Below, one piece after another: positions 10,791-20,061 of a stretch of 64,000 nt of DNA. The notes beneath the pieces were generated by a model. That model ran no database searches, was not told where the DNA came from, and saw nothing but the letters and a program-made list of their open reading frames with translations. The stretch's first letter is position 1. Each line of letters begins with the position of its first letter. Source of the DNA: Candidatus Poribacteria bacterium (GTDB lineage: Bacteria; Poribacteria; WGA-4E; WGA-3G). The position numbers and the translations under genes were made by a program. Location: contig CBDBFU010000012.1 of NCBI GenBank assembly GCA_965205025.1, positions 320,001 to 384,000 of the forward strand, given 5' to 3'.

Positions 10791-11639
10791 TTATTCAGAT
10801 GATTCTGGTATAGGTAATACATCACGATATACAGGATCCATCCTGTTTGGATATATTTTTCCTCTAATCCACATAGCGGGGCGAATATACTTAGGATTTT
10901 TTTTAGGTATCCGTTCTGCTGTTGCACTTATATAATGTGCAACATTTGCACGTCTGAAACGAAGACTATGATTATCAGTGCTCTTATGAAGGATTTGGTT
11001 GTTGAACCAGACTACACCACCAGGAGGAACTTCGACTGCAACCCCATCTTCATCCTTCACTCCCTGTGCCAGTTTAAATTCATTCTGTTGTGAACCTTCA
11101 AGATCGGCATGTTCGTAGATTCCATGTTTGTGGCTACCTGGTATAACATAGAGACACCCGTTATCTTTATCTGCAGGATCAATAGCAGTCCATGTTCCTA
11201 CAGTCATTTCTGTCTTGTATTGATGGTTAAAATACCATTTGTCCTGATGCCATGGGAACCCTAAACCAATCTTCGGTGCTTTCCAGATATATAGATTGTT
11301 GAGACCGAGAATATCTGGACCCAGTAGATCAACAATGGGATCAGTAAGTCGGGAATCTCGAACTCGTTCAAGGAACTCTGGATTGTAACAACTGACATGA
11401 TGTATCTTGTGCATTGCATGGATTCCAGTTTCTTCAACTTTTCCATCTCTTACCAATGCATTCTGATTGATGTTTGCTGATGGAAATGGGCGTTTTCCTT
11501 CAGCAATTTCATCTGCGATTTGTCGTAAGACATCGTTTTCATTTTTTGTAAATACATCATACCGTATGATAAATCCGTTTTCCTCCCAAAAGGATTTTTC
11601 ATCAGATGTTAATTCATATTCTCTTTCTATAATAGACAT
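10791..11639 (-). CDS. PhyH-family dioxygenase, array copy 3
   Basis: WHQD, NGCLYVIPGSH, ILHKSTDNHSLRFRR. Confidence 0.9.
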   Translation of the reverse strand: MSIIEREYELTSDEKSFWEENGFIIRYDVFTKNENDVLRQIADEIAEGKRPFPSANINQNALVRDGKVEETGIHAMHKIHHVSCYNPEFLERVRDSRLTDPIVDLLGPDILGLNNLYIWKAPKIGLGFPWHQDKWYFNHQYKTEMTVGTWTAIDPADKDNGCLYVIPGSHKHGIYEHADLEGSQQNEFKLAQGVKDEDGVAVEVPPGGVVWFNNQILHKSTDNHSLRFRRANVAHYISATAERIPKKNPKYIRPAMWIRGKIYPNRMDPVYRDVLPIPESSE

Positions 11640-11651
11640 CTTGTTGCCTTT

Positions 11652-12500
11652 CTATTCTTTTGTCAGAGGTAGAACATCATGATAGACGGGTTCCATATTC
11701 TTAGAGTATGTATTACCTCTAACCCACATTACTGCGCGTTTATTTTTAACATTTTCTACCCTATCGGAGTGGGCACAAATATAATGTGCGACATTACACC
11801 TTCGGAAGCGATCACTATGGTTATCTGTGCTCTTATGCAAAATCTGATTGTTGAAAAATATAACACTTCCTGCTGGAACTTCTACTGCGATACCGTCTTC
11901 GTCTTTAGCACCGATGGCATATTTAAATTCATTCTGTTGTGATCCTTCAAGATTAATATGCTCATGAACTCCATTCTTATGACTTCCAGGGATAACATAG
12001 AGACATCCGTTTTCGATATCCGAATCGTCAATAGCAGTCCATGTACCTACAGTCTTGGTAGTGATATACTGATTATTAAAATACCATTTATCTTGATGCC
12101 AAGGAAATCCTAAACCGATTTTTGGGGGTTTCCAGATATATAGATTGTTTAAACCGAGGATATCTGGTCCAATTAGATCAACTATAGGATCTGTAAGACG
12201 AGGGTCGCGAGAACGTGAAAGGAATTCAGGTGAATGTTTATTGATATGGTGAATACAATGCATAGCATGGATACCGGATGCCTGAACTTTACCATCAATG
12301 ACTAATGCGTTCTTGTGTATGCCTTTGGGGGGAAATGGTCTATTGCCTTCAACTATTTCATCAGCAATTTGCCCTAACTTGACATTTTCATCTTTTGTAA
12401 AGACATTGTAGCGGATAAAATATCCATTTTCTTCCCAGGAGACTTTTTCATTTGGAGTTAATCTGTATTTTCTTTCTTCACTGGATATATCTTGTTCCAC
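11652..12500 (-). CDS. PhyH-family dioxygenase, array copy 2
   Basis: WHQD, NGCLYVIPGSH, ILHKSTDNHSDRFRR. Confidence 0.9.
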   Translation of the reverse strand: MEQDISSEERKYRLTPNEKVSWEENGYFIRYNVFTKDENVKLGQIADEIVEGNRPFPPKGIHKNALVIDGKVQASGIHAMHCIHHINKHSPEFLSRSRDPRLTDPIVDLIGPDILGLNNLYIWKPPKIGLGFPWHQDKWYFNNQYITTKTVGTWTAIDDSDIENGCLYVIPGSHKNGVHEHINLEGSQQNEFKYAIGAKDEDGIAVEVPAGSVIFFNNQILHKSTDNHSDRFRRCNVAHYICAHSDRVENVKNKRAVMWVRGNTYSKNMEPVYHDVLPLTKE

Positions 12501-12638
12501 AATTCACCTGTAGCTTATATAAGCGGATTATATTGGAAGATTATATTTATAAACAATTCATCCCTATTGGATTATGAATAAAGACCAGTGAATATGGTTT
12601 AAATTCGGTAGTATAACCAGATATATAATGAGTCATCC

Positions 12639-13484
12639 TCAATCGGATTCTATGATAGGAATGATATCATGCTGTACTTCATCTCCCATACCTGGATATG
12701 TCTTACCTCGAATCCACATGGGAGGTCGTTTCTTGTTTACGGCTTGTGGTCGTGTCCATTCTGCTTTTGCGTCAATATAGTGTGCGACATTAGCACGTCG
12801 AAAACGTGAACTGTGATTATCAGTGCTTTTATGAAGCACTTGACTATTGAACCATATTACCGACCCCGCGGGAACTTCTATAGGAATACCGTCCTCATCT
12901 CTTGCCCCTTCAGCCTGTCTGAATTCTCCCTGTTGAGATCCTTCAAGTTCATTATGGTCTTTTACACCATGTTTATGGCTACCTGGGATAACATATAAAC
13001 ATCCGTTTTCTTCATCAGCATCATCAATGGCTGTCCAAGTAGCAACTGTAGTTCCGGTCTTGTATTGATGGTTAAAATACCATTTATCTTGATGCCAAGG
13101 GAAACCTAATCCTATTTTCGGTGGTTTCCAAATATATAGATTGTTGAGTCCGAGTAGATCAGGACCGAGTATGTCAGCTGCTGGATCTGTGAGTCGAGGA
13201 TCTCTTGTACGATCAAGGAATTCACGAGAATTGCAACTTACATATTGTATATTGTGTATGGCATAGATACCTTCTGCTTCTGCTTTACCATCTCTGACTA
13301 ATGCGTTTTCAAAGATGTGATATTCCGGAAAACTTCGTTTTCTATTCACAATTTCATCAGCAATTTGTGCTAAAATATCGTTTTCCTCTTTTGTGAAGAC
13401 ACCATATCGAAGGAAATATCCATTTTCCTCCCACGAGGACCGTTCATCATCGGTTAGACTAAACTTCTGCGTTTCTGTATTCAC
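12639..13484 (-). CDS. PhyH-family dioxygenase, array copy 1
   Basis: WHQD, NGCLYVIPGSH, VLHKSTDNHSSRFRR; AGGAG RBS. Confidence 0.9.
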   Translation of the reverse strand: MNTETQKFSLTDDERSSWEENGYFLRYGVFTKEENDILAQIADEIVNRKRSFPEYHIFENALVRDGKAEAEGIYAIHNIQYVSCNSREFLDRTRDPRLTDPAADILGPDLLGLNNLYIWKPPKIGLGFPWHQDKWYFNHQYKTGTTVATWTAIDDADEENGCLYVIPGSHKHGVKDHNELEGSQQGEFRQAEGARDEDGIPIEVPAGSVIWFNSQVLHKSTDNHSSRFRRANVAHYIDAKAEWTRPQAVNKKRPPMWIRGKTYPGMGDEVQHDIIPIIESD

Positions 13485-13505
13485 TCATGCTCCTTCTGAA
13501 AATCC

Positions 13506-13643
13506 TTAGGTAAATTGTTCTGATGACTTCGCTTGAACTAATTCGGATTCTGTTACAGGTAAAATTCGATGAAAGACTCCATACTATAAAGTTGGATATA
13601 TTTCTCCTCTAACCAACATTAGGGGTCGTATATACTTTGCAAT
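13506..13643 (-). pseudogene. 3' remnant of a fifth PhyH paralog
   Basis: Minus strand translates IAKYIRPLMLVRGEIYPTL*YGVFHRILPVTESE..., matching the C-terminus KYIRPAMWIRGKIYPNRMDPVYRDVLPIPESSE of 10791-11639; internal TAG and no 5' part. Confidence 0.8.
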
Positions 13644-13729
13644 TTTAATACATCAAAATAGAGAATAGTCAATCCACAATACTATTCATGTAAGGTGGGA
13701 AATAGCGGAGATGGATGAATATTATGCGT

Positions 13730-13766
13730 AAAAAGGTCTGTAGTTATCAAAAGATGACTACAGACC
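13730..13766 (-). terminator. Intrinsic terminator after the DUF1326-like gene
   Basis: Minus strand GGTCTGTAGTCATC-TTTT-GATAACTACAGACC followed by TTTTT, 8 bp after the stop codon. Confidence 0.75.
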
Positions 13767-13773
13767 AGAATGG

Positions 13774-14428
13774 TTACATAGAGAAACTACCGACAAAGAC
13801 ATTATTAAGAGCATTACCTTGTTGCCAATTTACGGTGAGATAGGAATCTTTGTATCGATAGACTTCTGATTTTCCAACGAGAGGATTGTCTAAAGCAATC
13901 AACGGTTTATACCAGATTTGATGGGGTTGAGTGCAATGGACACAAGGATACCGATTTGCGGTTAATGTTAGAACTTTACCAACTTCTACATTATATTTAG
14001 TATCCTTCTTTGTAAAGTTAATGGGTGCGGTTTGAGTTGCTACGATAGTTCCAAGTTCTTTTGTCCGTTTCGTTGCCAATAGATCTTTGAGTGCTGCTTG
14101 CTGTTCTTGCGTTGTTTTTGTATCTATGTACAAAACACTCTTGCGTGTTTTAAAATCAATGGCTAAATTTCTCTTTTGCACTGACAACAGCAACGACTGT
14201 TAATCCATCAAGAGATATTCCATTCCAATTCCCTTGCTGGATATTCCATACCATAGTTGCTTCTTTTCCACCCTCGACATATTCAGCACCGAAGTGACAT
14301 GCACCAACATATACACTTGCTGAACGTGCTTCAATGTATTCCCCTTGAATATCCGTTATGTCTGTTGCAATTGCAATGGATGCGATTGCCATTAAGATTA
14401 ATGTTGATAGAACAATTATCCTTTTCAT
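13774..14428 (-). CDS. Secreted DUF1326-like protein, split by a +1 frameshift near 14169
   Basis: Signal peptide, GEYIEARSASVYVGACH motif, later CxxC. ORFs 14156-14428 and 13774-14193 join as AKENLAIDF if one A is removed. Confidence 0.7.
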
Positions 14429-14934
14429 TAGTATATCTCCTCCATATCAGATTCTCGTTTACTGAATTAATACCGTCTTATAACCTATTGTGCCAATTAT
14501 ACCCTAAGTATAAGTAAAAAATCAAGTGTTCTGGGGTGTGTAAAGTTTTCGGCATGAATATCACAGATCATAGAGCTTTTAATCTCAGTTATTTACGCAT
14601 ATCTCATTAATTTTATTTTTTATGGACACTTTGTTTTAGCATGTAATTATATTGAGCCAAGGGTAATTCTTCTGTAAATTTGCTGTTTTCACTATTCACA
14701 ATAGTAATATTTATGTTATTTATATGTTGTAAAAAGTTACACTTTTTGTCACATTGTGTGACATTGGTAAAAGCCTTATCCCACCAGTACTACACTGGGT
14801 TTATAGCAACTTTTTTATGGTATTGTCATTTCTTCTCTTCCTATTTATTGCTCTATCTTCTTTCTGTAGATGTGAATTCTGTTTAGTGTATCTCATAAAA
14901 AGTATATTGACACAAGTTGTCACCTATTTATTTA

Positions 14935-15006
14935 CATAGCGCTCCGCTGGAGTGCGAGATGTTGATATACCTTTTTCTCTAGACATATCACCCCTCTGGG
15001 GTGAGG
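14935..15006 (+). repeat. Double-hairpin repeat (REPIN-like)
   Basis: CATAGCGCTCCGCTGGAGTGCG...TAGACATATCACCCCTCTGGGGTGAGG; an inverted copy lies at 18113-18185. Confidence 0.65.
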
Positions 15007-15007
15007 A

Positions 15008-15070
15008 AAGATCGGGGATCGGAATCCCCTCCTACAGAATATAAGATCGGGGATCGGAATCCCCTCCTAC
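15008..15070 (-). repeat. Two tandem GTAG-type REP units
   Basis: AAGATCGGGGATCGGAATCCCCTCCTAC is identical at 15008-15035 and 15043-15070 (35-bp period); the minus strand begins GTAGGAGGGGATTCCGATCCCC. Confidence 0.75.
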
Positions 15071-15449
15071 TGAAGAGTCTAATCCTTAAATTGACGCTAT
15101 AAGTAATAACGATTCATATTTATGAGATACACCGTAGTTTTATTTTCACAACACAATTTTATGTTAGTTTTTTTATTTTTTTAGAAAATTCATTCTCTGT
15201 TCTTGTTTGAAGTATGCTAAACCCTGTTCTGGTATAGGTTTTTAAGGGTGCGATATTTCGATTTTCTTTTCACAACTGTTGTGAAAGCCACATAACAACA
15301 ATTTCATGATATGCTTTTTCTGCAACAGATATAGTAACATAATAAGGTGTTTGTGTCAAGACAAAAATTACATATTGTGACATATTTTATAAATTTGTTT
15401 ACTATTGTTAGTTTATTATTATGGATATTTCTATAATATTATATCTTTA

Positions 15450-16585
15450 ACGACTTGTGCCAGTTAGTTCTTTTTATGTAATATTGAAATTCACAAGTTT
15501 AATCTTTTTCTTTTTATTAGATCCATCCTTATGGTATCCTTTAGTAAATCTAAAAATAAAAAGGAACTATAAGGATGGAACTAAAGGATACATTAGAAAA
15601 GTATGTTATGCAACTCAAAAATAATGAACGAACACTTGAAAAAGTTGCCAGTGTCTGTCAGAAAATCATTGCCAAACTTTATGATACCTACTTTCCCAGA
15701 GCGGAAACGCTTCGAAGGGGACCCGTCAGTCCCTGCCCAGATAGCGACATTATTACAATCGCATGGCTATTCGAACTCATAGGAAAAGACAGCGAACTCG
15801 CAGGATACAAACTTGTGAAAGTATAACTCGGTCATCTGTTTCCACATTTGCCAGAACGCTCTCGTTTCAATCGAAGGCGAAGGAATTTGTGCTCTGCAAG
15901 CGAAAAACTCCGAAATGTCCTCGTAAAAATGCTACCGGATGATGACATTTACATTGTTGATAGTTTTCCTATACCTCTTTGCGATTTCAAACGAGTCCCA
16001 ACTTCTGCTTCACCTTTGAAATGTGCTGATGGTAATGGCACTTTGGCAACTTTCGGAAAGTGTGCTACAAAGGGACTTGATACCTTCTTTGGGTTCCGGG
16101 GTAGTTTGATAACAACAGCTTATGGACTCCCTGTTGATTTTGCCGTCGCTACAGCAGATACAGATGATCGACAAGTGCTTCCATTGTTTTGTGAACGAGG
16201 CACTTATCCTGTTATCATCGGAGACAAAGGGTATATATCTGAAAAACTTGAGGCAGAACTCCTTGAACAGTATAATGTATGTCTATTACCGACGCGGCGT
16301 ACGAATCAGAAAGAACAATACCCGAAGTCATTTCAAAAGCTACATCAAAAGATACGAAGGCGTATTGAGACTACGATAAGTCAACTTTCAAATCAGTTTA
16401 ACATTGGACGCATCCGAGCTCGGACCCATTGGGGATTTAGGACACGTTTGAGCAATAAGTTTAGTGGTTATACACTCGGTGTTTTCTTGAATAAGTGTTT
16501 AGGACGAAAGTTAATGGCACTCAAAGATGTTGTCTACGCATAATAGTATTAGATATTTTACATAAAGTTAACTGGCACAAGTCGT
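15450..16585 (+). mobile_element. IS982-family insertion sequence, copy 1 (inactivated)
   Basis: 17-bp perfect TIRs ACGACTTGTGCCAGTTA / TAACTGGCACAAGTCGT; near-identical to 20865-21999; no 7-bp target duplication. Confidence 0.9.
15575..16543 (+). pseudogene. IS982-family DDE transposase with premature stop
   Basis: TAA at 15824-15826 where copy 2 has CAA (Gln); the downstream part stays in frame with IVDS, IGDKGY and RRRIET. Confidence 0.9.
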
Positions 16586-16683
16586 TAAAGTCTCTTAAAT
16601 GTAGCATAAACTTCAAGTTTGTGCGGAATTTCAAACCATGCTTTAACTACTTTTCATGGGATAAGCACTTATAGAAATGGTAT
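16586..16683. repeat. Partial copy of the short MITE seen at 29048-29162
   Basis: GTCTCTT..TGTAGCATAAACTTCAAGTTTGTG and terminal TTATAGAAATGGTATAA match the 29-kb element; the left TIR is missing where the IS982 end abuts. Confidence 0.55.
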
Positions 16684-16984
16684 AACATTCTACCACATTC
16701 ACCTAAATTCATTGTCTGGAGAACAGGATTATCCATGTTAGAATTAAGACAAAAAACTTCAGAAATTTCAACTTTTGAGAAACATTTCCAAATCATGATT
16801 TTCCGTAGTCAAAATAAACAGATAAAGAGGATAATCAAATCGATTTACACGCCAAATTTCTTTAGTTTTTCAAATTTTATAGTTTTACACCAATTTTACA
16901 AATCCTTTGTTATCCCAACCCCCAACAAGGTTTACAACCCATTAAAATGTCATTTCTTAAAAAACGACTTAAAAAACTTAAAAA

Positions 16985-17452
16985 ACTTGAAAATAGACCG
17001 ACTTCAAACAAAACATACTATCATATACATCAGAAAACTACAGTGTATCTCATTACTACGAATCATCCATACAGATATAATTCTCTTCGTAGGGACGGGG
17101 TTTCCCAGTCCGTTGATTCAATATATAGCAAATGACGAAATCAAAGAATTCTACAAACATACGATTTATGAGAGATGTTCTATTATCTTATCAAAATGGA
17201 TGGTAAAAATTTTAACATAAAATATCCAAATCAATGGCTTATAAGGAAAGTAAAAGACACAAAAGTTATCATTTTTGCAAATTCTTGTAACTTTAAAAAA
17301 GTGGCTGTAAACCCAATGTATTACTGACGGGATAGAGGTTTTACCAACGTAACACCATGTAACGAAAAGTGTAACATTTTCAACATATTGATAATATAAA
17401 TATAACTATTGTGAATACAAAAAAAGATGAATATTTACAGTATAATAACCCT
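16985..17452 (-). repeat. Dispersed non-coding repeat copy C (inverted relative to A)
   Basis: Reverse complement aligns by eye with about 6980-7460, including the REP CGTAGGGACGGGGTTTCCCAGTCCGT, AAAATGGATGGT and AAAAAAGTGGCTGTAAAC. Confidence 0.75.
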
Positions 17453-18112
17453 AACAGGACAAATGTGTGTAAAAAATCTCCTATAGGACTTACACATATC
17501 CTCTTTGTCTGTTGAGAATGCAATCTAAAGGTGCAACGAAGTGGTGAATTCTCAATTAGAAATGTCTAAGCCCCAGCGGGGCGACAGGTGTATATTCGTG
17601 TGGATTTAAGCACCACTCTTTCTACTGACAACGTGATCGCCACATAAGATAATATTGGATGATTATTCTAATTCATAGAAAATATGGGAACTATTCTGTC
17701 CATTTATAATCGGATGATAACCAATAATGCATTTACACCTACTTAAGTTATATAATAGTTAACAAATGTGATTCACGGAGAATTGATGCATTAAAAATTA
17801 TAAACCCTTATAGAATAAAGGTTCGTAAAATTGCTCCGTGAAGGTTTCCGTGAATGAAGGTGTGGATTTCTCAATCATGTGTTAACTGATACTTCAGTTT
17901 GGAAAATTCTTATCTAAGAGGGTGTTGGGTTTCTTATGATAAGTCGTTTTTGTGAGTATAACATATCAGTGGAATCCTACAATAATACCGCACGCCAGCG
18001 AAGTGCTATGTGTCGATTCACTGCATACCATACCGCTGGAGCAAGACCCACAACTTATCCGTGTGTTAGTCGCAAACAATACAGAACTACCGATACCGAC
18101 ATTATGATGTCT

Positions 18113-18185
18113 CCTCACACCAGCGGTGTGATATGTCTATAGAAATAAATGGTAGAGAATACCGCACTCCAGCGGAGTGCTATGT
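18113..18185 (-). repeat. Double-hairpin repeat (REPIN-like), inverted copy of 14935-15006
   Basis: CCTCACACCAGCGGTGTGATATGTCTATAG...CGCACTCCAGCGGAGTGCTATGT; single related hairpins near 17570 and 17987. Confidence 0.65.
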
Positions 18186-18392
18186 AAGATGTCCGCTTTG
18201 GATATAAATGCGTTTTTCAGTGAGTTATACCGACCCAATACTATCAAGAAAACAGAGAAACCCTTGAAAAACGACATGAGACCGACAGAATCTGTCCAAA
18301 CAATAGTAATTAATAGCAAATTATCGTATTTTCAGTTAGACTATGGACTAAGCTAAAGATATAACTATCAATAATTCAGAGAAGTGATTTAA

Positions 18393-19286
18393 ATGAATGA
18401 AAATATTGACATCTCAGACATCAACCAGAATCCAGCACTAAATCCACAAACATTAAAGGTCGGGGATATATTGGATTCAATGTTTGCACTTTACCGTAAT
18501 AACTATAAACTATATCTGAGCATTGCATTAATATACTTTTTTGCTGTAATAATTGAATATTCTCTAAAAGGTTTTATCTCTGGATCAATACAAGAAGCAT
18601 TAATTCCTCTAATCATATCAATGCCAGTTTCAATTTTCGCAATTAGTGCAGGAGTATATGTAACAGGTTCACTCTACTTGGATCGAGAAATATCAGTAGA
18701 CAATACCTTTAGGCATGTATTTCATAGATTAGTACCGTTAATAGGAAGTAATCTAATAGTCAGATTACTTGTTGCTCTCTGTCTGATAAGTTTTAGCCTT
18801 TCTGTTGCACTGATGTTTAGATTAGGTGGTATAAGTATTTTGATTGGATTCATAGCCATACCATTTTCAATATATCTTATTATTAACTGGATATTCCATA
18901 TTCCCGTAATCTTGTTTGAAAAAAAACAAATAGGAAACAGTTTCAGTAAGAGTTCTACACTTGTAAAAAACTCTTGGTGGCGTGTGTTAGGAATAATAAT
19001 TCTAATTCTTATAATTAGTTCTGCAATCGATACAATTCTAACATTGTCTGTTGCATTTGTAATGTTCTTGCTGAACTTAGGGGGTAACACAGATTATCAA
19101 AACCTTCTACAATGGACATTTTTTAACGATATACTTGATAGTAATAATCTATACTTCTATTCTATCATGACTTTTGTTGATTTACTTATGCAAGGATTGG
19201 TCTTTCCTTTATGGGTCATTGGATATTCATTACTATATATTGATAGAAGATTACAGGTGGATGGGATGTTTGAGTTTACAGATTAA
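18393..19286 (+). CDS. Integral membrane protein (GDPD membrane-domain-like)
   Basis: LKVGDILDSMFALYRNN N-terminus, several TM segments, SSTLVKNSWWRVLG and LLYIDRR motifs. Confidence 0.7.
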   Translation: MNENIDISDINQNPALNPQTLKVGDILDSMFALYRNNYKLYLSIALIYFFAVIIEYSLKGFISGSIQEALIPLIISMPVSIFAISAGVYVTGSLYLDREISVDNTFRHVFHRLVPLIGSNLIVRLLVALCLISFSLSVALMFRLGGISILIGFIAIPFSIYLIINWIFHIPVILFEKKQIGNSFSKSSTLVKNSWWRVLGIIILILIISSAIDTILTLSVAFVMFLLNLGGNTDYQNLLQWTFFNDILDSNNLYFYSIMTFVDLLMQGLVFPLWVIGYSLLYIDRRLQVDGMFEFTD

Positions 19287-19344
19287 TTCTTGTGTTGGAG
19301 TATAATCATCTTTCTAATCATAGAAAATACTAATTCATACATAA

Positions 19345-19680
19345 ATGCTACAAATAGATATTTATAGCCTTGTTATCCATCTTGGAATGATATATATTAT
19401 CCTTATTCCTGCTGCCCAATTTTGTTTCATTGGATTTCTAATTTATTTTGCTGTAAAGACAAAATCCAAAGGTGTGATAATTATCATTATCAGTTGCATA
19501 CTCTATCAAGTTATCCATCTTGGAATGATATATATTATCTTTGCAAGGGATATTTTAAGTATTCGAGTCATATCTGTCATTAATATTATAATATACATCC
19601 TATTGTTCGTCTTTATCACATTAGGACTATGCCTATGTTATTTTGAATGGGAAAATGGTAAGTTCCAATTCAAAAGGTAA
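19345..19680 (+). CDS. Small 3-TM membrane protein, paralog 1
   Basis: Hydrophobic ORF sharing KTKSKG and G..LCY.EW..G with the next ORF. Confidence 0.7.
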   Translation: MLQIDIYSLVIHLGMIYIILIPAAQFCFIGFLIYFAVKTKSKGVIIIIISCILYQVIHLGMIYIIFARDILSIRVISVINIIIYILLFVFITLGLCLCYFEWENGKFQFKR

Positions 19681-19731
19681 TATTATATTGACTTTTTTAA
19701 CATAGATTATTACAGGAAATGTTGCAAAATT

Positions 19732-20061
19732 ATGAGTATTCAATTCCAATTTAATACAATTATGATACTAATCTTTGTAATCAAAATTTTTCCTTTGGTA
19801 TTGTTAGTCTTTATGACATTAAAGACCAAATCAAAAGGTCTTACACTCATCACTGTTACATATATTCTTGATACATTTTTTGTATCGTATTTTTTTCATA
19901 GTGGATGGAGACTAATATATAATGAATCTAATGATTCTAGATTCTTTCAAATTCTGAATCCACCTCTGATGATTCTTCCATACATTCTATATTCTATTGG
20001 CGTATATCTATGTTATAGAGAATGGAAACAAGGGAGACTGACACACAAACAGACTGAATGA
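19732..20061 (+). CDS. Small 3-TM membrane protein, paralog 2
   Basis: KTKSKG and GVYLCYREWKQG motifs shared with 19345-19680. Confidence 0.7.
   Translation: MSIQFQFNTIMILIFVIKIFPLVLLVFMTLKTKSKGLTLITVTYILDTFFVSYFFHSGWRLIYNESNDSRFFQILNPPLMILPYILYSIGVYLCYREWKQGRLTHKQTE

Larger units (their letters stand above)
14886..15132. mobile_element. Small MITE-like element nested in copy B, carrying REPs
   Basis: Perfect 14-bp inverted termini GTGTATCTCATAAA (14886-14899) and TTTATGAGATACAC (15119-15132). Confidence 0.55.
14533..15240. repeat. Dispersed non-coding repeat copy B, with nested insertions
   Basis: Begins GGGGTGTGTAAAGTTTTCGGCATGAATAT like copy A. 14640-14817 aligns with 6964-7138, and similarity resumes at about 15108 (ACGATTC.TAT..ATGAGATACAC). 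Confidence 0.65.

Noticed and set aside
15008-15070. Two identical 28-bp palindromic repeats as a mini CRISPR array
   Set aside because: Only two units with a 7-bp spacer, a GTAG-REP structure, and no cas genes.
16735-17220. 161-aa ORF (also 7221-7403, 14680-14939 and 16947-17135)
   Set aside because: These lie over the non-coding repeat; homologous copies match in different frames and have no protein motifs.
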